From an uncultured Candidatus Saccharibacteria bacterium (lineage in GTDB: Bacteria; Patescibacteriota; Doudnabacteria; UBA920; 2-01-FULL-46-14): a DNA stretch of 64,000 bases. A program made the translations under genes and the position numbers. The stretch spans positions 23,426 to 87,425 of the forward strand of contig CAYHVH010000001.1 in assembly GCA_964360335.1 (NCBI GenBank), read 5' to 3'. A model generated the notes under the pieces. That model was given only the letters and a program-made list of their open reading frames with translations, was not told where the DNA came from and made no database searches. Within the stretch, counting starts at the first letter, position 1; each line of letters begins with the position of its first letter. Below are positions 9,277 to 18,395 of the stretch, piece after piece.

Positions 9277-9379
9277 ATCTTCATGCTATCAAAAAATCGC
9301 CCCCAAGGCGACAGCTGGAAATTTCCAATTTCTAAACAACCTCCAAATCCCAACGACCAAAATTAGAAATTTTTTTGAA

Positions 9380-11050
9380 CTATTCCTCCGTCACCCGCCA
9401 GACTTCAGGGAGATCGGTAATTCCCTCCAAGGCCTTCAAGATCCCGTCCTGCTGCATAGTCAGCATCCCGGATGCGACCGCCGCTTTTTTGATTTCCAGA
9501 GTCGAGGCCTGTTGAAAAATCAGGCTTTCGATTTTTTCGTCCACGGCAAAGACCTCAAAGGCCCCGATGCGGCCCCGGTAGCCCAAATCATGGCACTCCG
9601 GACAGCCTCTGCTATGATAAAAAATTAGGTGCTCTGGTACGGTTACCGCCGCCTGGGGAGGAATTCGGGAAAGGGCAAGTTTAACCTGCTGCAGTTCCTC
9701 ACTACCGGGCCGGTAGGGCTCCTTGCAGTGCGGACAAATTTTCCGCAACAAGCGCTGGGCAATCAGGGCATTCAGAGCGGGAGCTAAGGTTACCGGCTTT
9801 ACTCCCAAATCCAAGAGCCGGGGAATGGCCCCAGCCGCGTCATTGGTATGCAGGGTGGAGAGCACGACATGGCCGGTCAGGGCGGCTTGGCTCGCGGTTT
9901 CGGCCGTTTCGTAATCGCGGATTTCTCCAACCATGACAATATCAGGATCCTGCCGGAGAATCGACCGCAGACCACTGGCAAAATCTACGCCGCTCGTGTG
10001 GTCAATCGGCGTCTGAACGATACCCTCCAACTGGTACTCCACCGGATCCTCCAGGGTAATAATTTTCACTCCGGGTTTGTTGAGGTGATTTAAAAAGGAA
10101 TATAAGGTCGTGGTTTTCCCCGAACCAGTCGGCCCGGTCGTCAAAGTCATGCCGTTGGGTTTTTTTAGTTCATGATTCACCACCTTCAGAGCCTGACCGT
10201 GCAACCCCAGTTTTTCGATGTCCAAGCCCACCTCCTGCATCCCCAAAATTCTCATCACTACAGACTCGCCGTGCGCCGAGGGCAACACCGAAACCCGAAT
10301 TTCCAAATTTCGCTCCGGCAACTTCACGGTAAATCTGCCGTCTTGGGCGACCGCCGTGACGTTAAGCTTCAGATTCGACAAAAGTTTGATCCGGGAAAGC
10401 AAAGAGTGTTGCAGACCGAGTGGAAAATCCAAAATTTCCGCCAATACCCCGTCCACCCGAAACCGGACCTTGAGTTGAGTTTTTTCCGGCTCGAGATGGA
10501 CATCCGAGGCCCGCATGATGATAGCCGCGCCAAGCATCAAGCCCACAAGCTCACTCGCAGAAATCGAGAGCAGGGATTCCCCCAAAGTCGGCAGGGCCTT
10601 GAATTTCTCCAGGACTTCCCGGCCGAGGGTTACCGCGACCTCGTGTTTGAGCGACAAAAAGGCGGGCAGAATTTTCTTGTACTGTTGCAGAGCGGCCGCG
10701 AGGGCCGTGCGCGCAACCAAATAAATCTGAACTTGGAATTTCCGCTTGGCCAATTGGGCGAGCAGAAGCTTGAGGCTCGGGTTTTGCGGTTCGGTAATTG
10801 CAACCTTCAGGAGCAAGCCGTCTTTGAAGAATGGCACGGCCGCGGCGGCAACGGCTTGTTCATACGGCACCAAATCCAAAGCCTCCTCGTCAATTGGTAG
10901 GCCCATGAGGTCAAAATATGGAAGAGAAAGAGCGGCGGCACGCCGTTGCGCTTCCTGCTCCTCGAACTTCCGATTGAGATCAGTGAAAACCCGCTGTACT
11001 CCCGCCCCGCCGTCCGGGGCCGGGACGTGTTTGCCTACTCCCGGAGCCAT
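9380..11050 (-). CDS. Type II secretion / type IV pilus assembly ATPase (GspE/PilB family)
   Basis: 556 aa. Walker A GPTGSGKTTT, GspE N-terminal domain, and a C-terminal CxxC...CxxC zinc motif (CPHC...CPEC). Confidence 0.85.
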   Translation of the reverse strand: MAPGVGKHVPAPDGGAGVQRVFTDLNRKFEEQEAQRRAAALSLPYFDLMGLPIDEEALDLVPYEQAVAAAAVPFFKDGLLLKVAITEPQNPSLKLLLAQLAKRKFQVQIYLVARTALAAALQQYKKILPAFLSLKHEVAVTLGREVLEKFKALPTLGESLLSISASELVGLMLGAAIIMRASDVHLEPEKTQLKVRFRVDGVLAEILDFPLGLQHSLLSRIKLLSNLKLNVTAVAQDGRFTVKLPERNLEIRVSVLPSAHGESVVMRILGMQEVGLDIEKLGLHGQALKVVNHELKKPNGMTLTTGPTGSGKTTTLYSFLNHLNKPGVKIITLEDPVEYQLEGIVQTPIDHTSGVDFASGLRSILRQDPDIVMVGEIRDYETAETASQAALTGHVVLSTLHTNDAAGAIPRLLDLGVKPVTLAPALNALIAQRLLRKICPHCKEPYRPGSEELQQVKLALSRIPPQAAVTVPEHLIFYHSRGCPECHDLGYRGRIGAFEVFAVDEKIESLIFQQASTLEIKKAAVASGMLTMQQDGILKALEGITDLPEVWRVTEE

Positions 11051-11113
11051 TTTTTGTTTCCCGCTTAACGCTAACGCTTAAGTCAGTATAGCGAAAAAAA
11101 CAGGAATACCCAA

Positions 11114-12286
11114 CTAGACCACGATTTGCGCCCGGAGTTTCTGCAATTTTTCCAGGACGTCTTTCTCCACCTCCAAGAGGCTTTGCCCCTGAACCCGGAA
11201 GGTGCCAAGCGAGCCGTTGAGCATTTGGCCGGCGAGAGCGGCCGTAACCACCTGGGCCTTGATGCTGGGATGGAGATGAAAATAGCCGACGATCTCCTGT
11301 CCGTTGACTTCTGCCAAAAACAAAATGATTTTTCGTCCCGCCAAGTTCGCCACCAGCTCCTTCATCACGCCGTAAATATCGTCCGGACTGGCGCCCGCCT
11401 TCTCTAAATCGGTAGCGGTCACCAAAGAATAGGTCAAACCCAATTCTTCTACCTCGCGCACCCGCGCCAAGGCGCGTCCCCAAAGTTTGAGAAGGGAAAT
11501 GTTCTTGGTCTTGTAGAGTTCCCGGATAATCTCCTGGTGCTTGCCGCCCTGGGCGATGAGGTTACTGGCCTTCAAAAAGGCCCGGGGGGTAGTTTTGACA
11601 TGCTGAAAACTGTTGGTCTCCACAATGATGCCGGTCAAAAGATTTGTGGCGATTGCCTCGTCAATCAAGCCAGCTTCGAAATTCTCCAGCAAACTCACTA
11701 AAATCTCCGAGGTGGCGGTCGCCGTCAAATCCACCAGATTGATCTCCCCATAATGCTCGTTGTTGGGGTGGTGATCGATGTTGATAATGGCCGTTTCAAA
11801 AAACAGGTCAGTGTTTTTCTCGTAGATCTGGCCCAAGTGCTCCAGAGAAGGGGTATCCAAAGTGACAATCAAATCATAAGGAAATTTTGCGTTGCGGAAA
11901 GAGACATCCTGGGGCGTAAACTTGCCGTCTTTCGGTTTCAGAAAAATATCCACCCGCTCAGGTTCCACCTCGTAGGAAAGCTCGTCCAGATGCGCGGCGG
12001 TGGTCTTTAAGGAAATAACAAAGCTTTGGAAAACCTGGAGATCTTTTTTAAGCTCTTCGATACCGGACAGAAAACCAAAAGGACTCAAATTGCTGGCCGC
12101 ACAAACAATCTCCGGGTTCTTTTCCAATTTTTTAAAAAAAGCAAATAAGGCCAAACCCGCTCCTAAGGCGTCGCCGTTGGGGTTCTGCGGCAAAGCCAGG
12201 AGGATCCGGTTTGCTTTGCCAATCGCGTCAATGACTTGTTTTTCGATTTGTTCTACCACAGTTGTTCTGTCATAAAAAATCGTCAA
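11114..12286 (-). CDS. DHH/DHHA1-family phosphoesterase (NrnA-like nanoRNase / pAp phosphatase)
   Basis: 390 aa. DHH motif (NIDHHPNNE) and a C-terminal DHHA1 domain. Confidence 0.7.
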   Translation of the reverse strand: MTIFYDRTTVVEQIEKQVIDAIGKANRILLALPQNPNGDALGAGLALFAFFKKLEKNPEIVCAASNLSPFGFLSGIEELKKDLQVFQSFVISLKTTAAHLDELSYEVEPERVDIFLKPKDGKFTPQDVSFRNAKFPYDLIVTLDTPSLEHLGQIYEKNTDLFFETAIINIDHHPNNEHYGEINLVDLTATATSEILVSLLENFEAGLIDEAIATNLLTGIIVETNSFQHVKTTPRAFLKASNLIAQGGKHQEIIRELYKTKNISLLKLWGRALARVREVEELGLTYSLVTATDLEKAGASPDDIYGVMKELVANLAGRKIILFLAEVNGQEIVGYFHLHPSIKAQVVTAALAGQMLNGSLGTFRVQGQSLLEVEKDVLEKLQKLRAQIVV

Positions 12287-12415
12287 TCCTGATAACTTTC
12301 GCGGAAAAATTCCGAAAGAGTTATCGGATTACTATAGATTAAGCGATTTGGGTCGTCAAGTGGTGTGGATAGCTTTGTGGATTTCTGCTAAGATTAGCCC
12401 ACTGAAAGCCAAAAA

Positions 12416-12844
12416 ATGATTAAGATTGTTTCCCGGTCAGAGAGAGAAACCAGGAGTTTGGCTCAAGACTTGGCCCGCCGCCTGAAAGGTGGGGAAATTC
12501 TTACCCTTCAGGGACCCTTAGGGAGCGGCAAGACCTGCTTTGTTAAAGGCCTCGCCCAGGGCTTGGGGATTAAAACCCGGATCATGAGTCCGACCTTTGT
12601 CCTGATGCGGTCCTACCACTTCGGAAAAAAGAAAGAGCGGGTGTTCTACCACTTTGATCTTTACCGGCTCAAAAAGTCCGGGGAGCTCCTAGAACTGGGA
12701 TTCCCAGATGTCCTCCGGAATCCGCAGAGCATTATCGCCATCGAGTGGCCCGAAAAAACTCGCAGACTGTTGCCCCCTTGGGTTATCCGGCTAAACTTTG
12801 CCCATGGTCGGCATCCCCGGGAAAGGATTATTCGCATATGGTAA
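12416..12844 (+). CDS. tsaE: tRNA threonylcarbamoyladenosine biosynthesis protein TsaE
   Basis: 142 aa. P-loop GPLGSGKT and the YjeE-family motif. Confidence 0.85.
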   Translation: MIKIVSRSERETRSLAQDLARRLKGGEILTLQGPLGSGKTCFVKGLAQGLGIKTRIMSPTFVLMRSYHFGKKKERVFYHFDLYRLKKSGELLELGFPDVLRNPQSIIAIEWPEKTRRLLPPWVIRLNFAHGRHPRERIIRIW

Positions 12845-14169
12845 AAAAAATCCTTATTCTTCTGCTGCTATTTTTGTTCACCGAGGTTACCGCGGTCGCG
12901 GTCGTGCTTAGAAACTTTGGCCCGCAGCGACAATTCTTTATCCCAAAACCCCAGAGCGAATATGACAATCCGGAGGGGAACCAAAGTCTCGAATCTTCCT
13001 GGCCGGAAAGCTTAAACCTGGTTGCGGCCGGGAAAACCTGGCGCCTGCCAAAATCTCAACTTCAGACTTGGCGGCAGCCTTCGGGCACGCTCCGCCTGCA
13101 CCAGGTCGTGCTCTCCTCCCTCACTACCTACTTCTACCGCCAAACTGCAACGGCCCATCCCTGGACGAGTTATGATTTTTTTGCTACGGTCAAAGGCCTG
13201 GAGCTAAGTGAGGGGGCTCTGGGAACCTATCTCGTGGACCGAGCGAACGAGATTAATCGCTCCCCGGAAGAGCCGAGGCTGAAGATTGAAGATAACCGGG
13301 CCACGGTTTTCGTCCCCCCCCAAACCGGACAAAACCTCGATCTCTTGGCGACTCGCCGAAAGTTGGCTGCGGCTTTGCTGACTGGAGTCGGAGCGGTATC
13401 TCTACCTGTCCTGGTCCAAGAGCCGCAAACTAACTTGGGAGATTTAAATTCCCTGGGAATCAAAACACTGCTGGCGCGGGGCCAAACGGACTTTTCCGGC
13501 TCGTCTCCCTCCCGGATCCAAAACATCAAGGTCGGCGCTGCGCGTTTCCAAGGTTTGCTCATCAAGCCAGGCGAAGAATTTTCGTTTAACGCTCGGCTAG
13601 GCCCGATTGATGCCGCCCACGGCTATTTGCCGGAGCTCGTGATCAAACCGGAAGGTACTGTGCCGGAATTCGGCGGCGGCTTGTGCCAAGTCTCTTCCAC
13701 GGCGTTCCGGGCCGCTTTCTTTACGGGGCTGCCGATTACCGAGCGCCGCAATCATTCTTATCCGGTACGCTACTACGAGTGGCTGGGCGACGACCAGCCA
13801 CGGGCGGTGGGACTGGACGCGACCATTTACCCGGGCTACCAGGATCTGAAGTTCACGAACGATACCCCCGGCACGATCCTGGTCTGGACAAAAATCGAAA
13901 GCAATCGGCTGTACTTTGATTTCTACGGGACTACCGACGGCCGGGAGGTCCTTGTGGACGGACCGCATCCTTATGACCGCCAACTCGACGGAGCCGTTAA
14001 ATCCACGGTCACCCGCACCGTGATTCATCCCAACCAGGAACCGCAAAAGTTAATTCTTAATTCCCGCTATGTCTCGCCCAACAAATATCCACGGGTCTAC
14101 GAATATCCAAAGCCCGCCACTCCCACCTCCACCGCCGTCTCCCTCCCGGCCGAGACCATTACCAATTAA
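12838..14169 (+). CDS. VanW-family protein (membrane-anchored)
   Basis: ATG at 12838 overlaps the tsaE stop. N-terminal TM helix, then VanW domain (FGGGLCQVSSTAFRAAFFTGLP). Confidence 0.7.
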   Translation: MVKKILILLLLFLFTEVTAVAVVLRNFGPQRQFFIPKPQSEYDNPEGNQSLESSWPESLNLVAAGKTWRLPKSQLQTWRQPSGTLRLHQVVLSSLTTYFYRQTATAHPWTSYDFFATVKGLELSEGALGTYLVDRANEINRSPEEPRLKIEDNRATVFVPPQTGQNLDLLATRRKLAAALLTGVGAVSLPVLVQEPQTNLGDLNSLGIKTLLARGQTDFSGSSPSRIQNIKVGAARFQGLLIKPGEEFSFNARLGPIDAAHGYLPELVIKPEGTVPEFGGGLCQVSSTAFRAAFFTGLPITERRNHSYPVRYYEWLGDDQPRAVGLDATIYPGYQDLKFTNDTPGTILVWTKIESNRLYFDFYGTTDGREVLVDGPHPYDRQLDGAVKSTVTRTVIHPNQEPQKLILNSRYVSPNKYPRVYEYPKPATPTSTAVSLPAETITN

Positions 14170-14181
14170 CTTCTAAAAAAC

Positions 14182-15663
14182 ATGAAAATTTCAGTTATCT
14201 CTAAACCTTTAGAAAAACTCTCTGCCGAGCTCTTGGTGACTTTTGCCGTCGAGGACAAACTCCTGCCTGAAGAAAAACTGGCGGACCGCTTCTTGGCTGG
14301 CCGGGTGGCGAAGCTTCGCCAGTCCAAAGATTTTCACGGCGAGGCCAACCAAACTCGTTTAATTTTTGCTACGGGGTCAACCCCGCGCATCCTCTTGGTC
14401 GGCCTCGGTAAACAAAAGGTCTTGACTCTCGAAACCATCCGGGAAGCCGCGGCTGCCGCCGGGAGTGAGCTCAAACGCCTACCGGTGAAGCACGCGGCCT
14501 TTCTTCTCCCGAGCTTGCCTAGCCTCTCCCCCCAGACTCTGGCCCAAGCGGTGACGGAAACCGTTCTCCTCGCTAACTACGAATTTCCTTATTACAAGCG
14601 GCCTGGCAAGGACCGCGCCAAGCTCGAGAATCTGGAACTAGTCACTGCTCCCAAAGATGTCGCTCGCGTCAAGGCCGGAAGTATCACTGGCCAAATTCTG
14701 GCAGAAGCGATAATGGCCGTGCGCGATTTGGGCAACCACCCCAGCAATGTTGCCACTCCCACTCATCTCGCGGAGCATGCTAAGCGAATCGCCAAGGGTA
14801 ACAAAAACCTCAAGGTAAAAATTTTGCACCGGCCAGAAATCAAAAAAGAAAATATGGGAGCGCTCCTGGCTGTTTCGCAAGGCTCGGACGAGGAGCCGAA
14901 GTTTATCATTTTAGAGTATCACGGCCGCGGCGACGGCCCGAGAGTAGTCCTCGTCGGCAAGGGCATCACCTTTGACAGCGGTGGAATTTCTCTCAAGCCA
15001 GGGGAAAAAATGGAAGAGATGAAATATGACATGGCTGGGGCGGCCACCGTGATGGGGGTCATAAAAGCCGCCTGCGAACTCGGACTCCCTCTTAACCTGG
15101 TGGGGCTCATTCCGGCCACCGAAAACCTGCCCTCTGGTAAAGCCAGCCGGCCAGGAGATATTGTCAAAAGTCGCTCGGGCAAGACCATTGAAATCATCAG
15201 TACGGATGCGGAGGGTCGGCTGGTGCTCTCAGATGCTCTGGACTATGCCAAAAAATACAAACCTGATTTGGTGATTGACTTTGCGACTTTGACGGGTGCC
15301 ATTGTGGTAGCCCTGGGCGATGATTTGATAGGGGCGTTTACCAACCGGGAGCGGTTTGTCCCCCAGCTCAAAGCGGCGGCCGAGGCGACCGGGGAGCCGC
15401 TATGGCCCATGCCGCTTTATCGAGGATACGAAGAATTTATCAAAAGCGACTTTGCCGATATTCGCAATCTTGGCAGCACAACTAAGTACGGCGATGCCAT
15501 CAACGCCGCGCTGTTCCTGCAAAACTTCGTGGACTATCCGTGGATTCACCTGGACATTGCCGGGGTCGCCTGGACGACGCGCGAAAAACCCTACCGGCCG
15601 AAAGGTGCCACCGGCACTGGCTTGCGCCTCGCGATTGAATTTCTGAAAAATTTTAGGAAATAA
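14182..15663 (+). CDS. pepA: Leucyl aminopeptidase (M17 family)
   Basis: 493 aa. M17 catalytic motifs (VGKGITFDSGGISLKP, NTDAEGRL). Confidence 0.9.
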   Translation: MKISVISKPLEKLSAELLVTFAVEDKLLPEEKLADRFLAGRVAKLRQSKDFHGEANQTRLIFATGSTPRILLVGLGKQKVLTLETIREAAAAAGSELKRLPVKHAAFLLPSLPSLSPQTLAQAVTETVLLANYEFPYYKRPGKDRAKLENLELVTAPKDVARVKAGSITGQILAEAIMAVRDLGNHPSNVATPTHLAEHAKRIAKGNKNLKVKILHRPEIKKENMGALLAVSQGSDEEPKFIILEYHGRGDGPRVVLVGKGITFDSGGISLKPGEKMEEMKYDMAGAATVMGVIKAACELGLPLNLVGLIPATENLPSGKASRPGDIVKSRSGKTIEIISTDAEGRLVLSDALDYAKKYKPDLVIDFATLTGAIVVALGDDLIGAFTNRERFVPQLKAAAEATGEPLWPMPLYRGYEEFIKSDFADIRNLGSTTKYGDAINAALFLQNFVDYPWIHLDIAGVAWTTREKPYRPKGATGTGLRLAIEFLKNFRK

Positions 15664-15698
15664 CGGCCAAATCAAACTAATCTCCAAATTTCCTTTCG

Positions 15699-15726
15699 TA
15701 AAATACCCGCCATGGCGGGTATTTTA
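15699..15726 (+). terminator. Perfect palindrome TACCCGCCATGGCGGGTA flanked by A/T runs; a bidirectional intrinsic terminator after pepA
   Basis: AAAATACCCGCCATGGCGGGTATTTTAC. Confidence 0.6.
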
Positions 15727-15802
15727 CAACATAAGTCCATATTGTCTACGTTTTTATGTAATTACATAATGTTGTAGACAAGCGAATTTAGCAAAAAGTA
15801 AA

Positions 15803-15838
15803 AAAGGAGACAGACTACAACGCGGTCTGTCAGCGCTT
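15803..15838 (-). repeat. 36-bp hairpin repeat copy 1 (AAAAAGGAGACAGACTACAACGCGGTCTGTCAGCGCT); terminator of the minus-strand RibA-like gene
   Basis: Identical copy at 17683-17717. On the minus strand it reads GACAGACCGCGTTGTAGTCTGTC then TCCTTTTT. Confidence 0.7.
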
Positions 15839-15846
15839 CTTTGGGG

Positions 15847-16731
15847 CTACCCCGGCCAATCAGAGTAATCCCAGCCATCTGCAAGGGGAAGGTGTATGTT
15901 GTGTCCGTGGAGAGATTTTGTCGAAAGCTCAAGTCTGTTAAAGTCATTAACTTCTGCCTGAAGGGGCACCCATTGTACTGCAAATCCTTCTTGCTTGAGG
16001 CGGTTGATTTTCCGAGGGTTATTCGTGGCGGCAATCAGACCGATTTTTGTGATATCGAAGTGTTTGAGGATTACCATCTGATCTTCCAGCTCGTCCCACT
16101 CCGGACGGCTGGAAATTCTGACAAACGGCTCCCACCAGCGGTCTATCTTGGCCGGGTCGGGGTCAAGGCCTTTTCGAATGGCGACTATTTCCGCCATTGT
16201 ATCAATCAGCGCGTGGTTCCTCGGCCCCAGTCCTTTTCCAACATGATGCAGAGCGAGAATAATCATCCCGGGGTGACCTTCTCCCCAGCTGTTGGAAACC
16301 CGCTGCTTTGCCATCTCGAACTGATCACCGCAATCACACGTTACCGCCCCTTCAACAATGCCATTAAGGCACATCGATTGGAGACGAACGACTACTGCCT
16401 CGGTTTGGAGGCTGCTGTCATTCCCCAGCCAAAGCACCCGATATTCCCGCTCTGGATGATAACAATAACCAGCGATTTCCGGTGGCTGGCTGTCCCTTTT
16501 CGCAACGTCTGACCCTCCCCAAAAACGGAAATGGGCCTTATTGAACAAGACCGCCCTTTCCTCACGACCCCCCAAGCGGCCGAGCGACCACCATTTCCGA
16601 TGACTTTCTGATCGTCGCAACCGCAACCACTCGTGATAGGGCCCAATCATCTCGAAGCCTTGCTCTTGGTTGGTCACAATACCCTCTAGCTTACCCCAAA
16701 AATCCTGACTGCCCCCCTTATTGTCACTCAT
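15847..16731 (-). CDS. GTP cyclohydrolase II (RibA)-family protein with an N-terminal extension
   Basis: 294 aa. VRLQSMCLNG...CDCGDQFE matches the RibA zinc site (HSECLTG...CDCGFQ). GMIILALHHVGKGLG matches GILLYHRQEGRNIG. AATNNPRKINRLKQEGF matches LTNNPKKVEILTEAG. Confidence 0.6.
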   Translation of the reverse strand: MSDNKGGSQDFWGKLEGIVTNQEQGFEMIGPYHEWLRLRRSESHRKWWSLGRLGGREERAVLFNKAHFRFWGGSDVAKRDSQPPEIAGYCYHPEREYRVLWLGNDSSLQTEAVVVRLQSMCLNGIVEGAVTCDCGDQFEMAKQRVSNSWGEGHPGMIILALHHVGKGLGPRNHALIDTMAEIVAIRKGLDPDPAKIDRWWEPFVRISSRPEWDELEDQMVILKHFDITKIGLIAATNNPRKINRLKQEGFAVQWVPLQAEVNDFNRLELSTKSLHGHNIHLPLADGWDYSDWPG

Positions 16732-16829
16732 TGGGTGTCCTCCTTAATGATTTCGAACATTCGATTCTAGCTGAAACTTACAAACTAGTCAATATTAACC
16801 GACTTCTCAATCTTTTAAACATCAAGTGT

Positions 16830-16885
16830 TGACTTATTTTAGCCAAAAATCTATACTATAATTGTTGTCGGATATTACCGACAAT
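16830..16885 (+). promoter_or_regulatory. Sigma-70-like promoter (TTGACT-N17-TATACT) followed by a 20-bp palindromic operator TTGTCGGATATTACCGACAA overlapping the TrmB start; related half-site at ~16772-16790
   Basis: Read directly from the sequence. The second site CTAGTCAATATTAACCGACT shares the ATATTA(A)CCGAC core. Confidence 0.5.
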
Positions 16886-17653
16886 ATAACGGAAAGCTCC
16901 TACATGCCCCTTGAAATAGATTTGAAACAATTTGGTTTTGACGAGAAAAAAGCCAGGATTTACCTGGCAGTCTTAGAGCTGGGTGAGGCAAAAGCAGCCG
17001 AGGTTGCCAAAAAGTCCGGGATAGAAAGACCAACGTGTTATGACATTTTAAATAAACTGGTCCAAGATGGACTTATTAGCTTCTTCGATAAAAGAGGAGT
17101 CAAGCATTTCGTGGCCGAGGACCCAGAAAAAATCCAAGTCCGGCTCGCAGAAAAAGAAAGGGCTCTTAATCAATTATTGCCGGAATTAAAATCGGTTTAT
17201 AATAGCCTAAAAACAAAACCCAAAATCAAATTCTTTGAAGGCCTTGCGGGAATTAAAACAATCCTGGAAGACACGCTTACTCCCCACGATAAACAGCTCT
17301 TGGGCATTTTATCAATGCGGGATCTCTATGAAATTCCGGGGAAAGAATTTATGGACAACTATGTTAAGAGGAGAATTGAAGCAAAAGTTAAACTCCGGGT
17401 TATTCGGTCAAGGATTAAAGAGGTTGGGGAGACTTGGCCTACTAATCCAAAAGAATACCGAGAATTGCGCTACGCTCCGGAAAAATTATCCTTCCCCGTA
17501 ACAATCTACATTTATGATAATAAGGTTGGAATAATCGGCACCAAAAAAGAAAACTTCGGCATGCTCATTGAGTCAGAGGAATTTTTTGAAACCTTCAAGA
17601 ATCTATTCGAAGTTTTGTGGCTCGTATCAAAAGCTGGGCCGACAAAAGATTAA
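16862..17653 (+). CDS. TrmB-family transcriptional regulator (winged-HTH)
   Basis: N-terminal TrmB HTH (GFDEKKARIYLAVLELGEAKAAEVAKKSGIERPTCYDILNKL). The real start may be the internal Met (MPLEID). AT-rich gene. Confidence 0.7.
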   Translation: MLSDITDNITESSYMPLEIDLKQFGFDEKKARIYLAVLELGEAKAAEVAKKSGIERPTCYDILNKLVQDGLISFFDKRGVKHFVAEDPEKIQVRLAEKERALNQLLPELKSVYNSLKTKPKIKFFEGLAGIKTILEDTLTPHDKQLLGILSMRDLYEIPGKEFMDNYVKRRIEAKVKLRVIRSRIKEVGETWPTNPKEYRELRYAPEKLSFPVTIYIYDNKVGIIGTKKENFGMLIESEEFFETFKNLFEVLWLVSKAGPTKD

Positions 17654-17682
17654 ATTTTCTGGACTAGGAAAAGGGGATAAAA

Positions 17683-17717
17683 AGGAGACAGACTACAACG
17701 CGGTCTGTCAGCGCTAA
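17683..17717 (-). repeat. 36-bp hairpin repeat copy 2; terminator of the minus-strand OMP-like gene
   Basis: Identical to 15803-15838. On the minus strand the hairpin is followed by TCCTTTTTAT. Confidence 0.7.
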
Positions 17718-18295
17718 AAACGAACAGTGGTGATGACGTAGGTCCGGAAGAAACGCGGCTCGCCTTGGTTGCGGAAATGGTAAGTCCCAGTTACCCAAAG
17801 GGTAACAGGACCTCGGTTTACGAGCCGAAAGCTGAGTCGCGAGCCACCGCCGTAGGAATCACGCCCACGCTTGTGAAGGTTTTCCGTCTCCACCCCAATC
17901 TTCCATCTGTCGCTTAACCGATAGTCAAATATGACGACTTCGGAAAAACTCCTGCGACTGGAAACGGGATACAACTCAAGGTAGAGATTGGCGCGTTTGC
18001 CGAAATCCCGGTTGAAACGGAAATTGAGCTGCCACTGGTGTCCCTTGGTGCTCCACTGCCGCTGGACGAGTGTCTCGAGCCACCAGTTATTGCGCTTGTA
18101 TCCCAGTCCGCCGAAGAGGTTGATGTTGTCTGGCTGCGCCTGCCGTACATTGCCAATCATCCACCCTGCAAGAAACCAGTTCTCGCCCAGCTTTTTGGTG
18201 ATATGCACTGGCGTCCGCAACTGAACAACATGATCCTGGGCCAAGAGGGGAGAGCCAAAAAGAAGAGCGAGTATCAGCAGCGTTGCTTTGCCCAT
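17714..18295 (-). CDS. Secreted beta-barrel-like protein (OmpW/OMP-beta-barrel-like), 193 aa
   Basis: Signal peptide MGKATLLILALLFGSPLLAQ, alternating amphipathic beta-strand pattern, and a C-terminal aromatic residue (..TTVRF). Confidence 0.4.
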   Translation of the reverse strand: MGKATLLILALLFGSPLLAQDHVVQLRTPVHITKKLGENWFLAGWMIGNVRQAQPDNINLFGGLGYKRNNWWLETLVQRQWSTKGHQWQLNFRFNRDFGKRANLYLELYPVSSRRSFSEVVIFDYRLSDRWKIGVETENLHKRGRDSYGGGSRLSFRLVNRGPVTLWVTGTYHFRNQGEPRFFRTYVITTVRF

Positions 18296-18395
18296 TATTC
18301 CTCCTTGACTTAACCTTTGACAGATTAAGGGGGGAGCATATATTATCTATATGGAGTGGTCAATACCACCACGAGGTGATAATTAACACCACAAA

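Noticed and set aside
10172-10900. 242-aa plus-strand ORF inside the PilB/GspE ATPase gene
   Set aside because: It is an antisense shadow ORF, His/Gln/Arg-rich with no domain.
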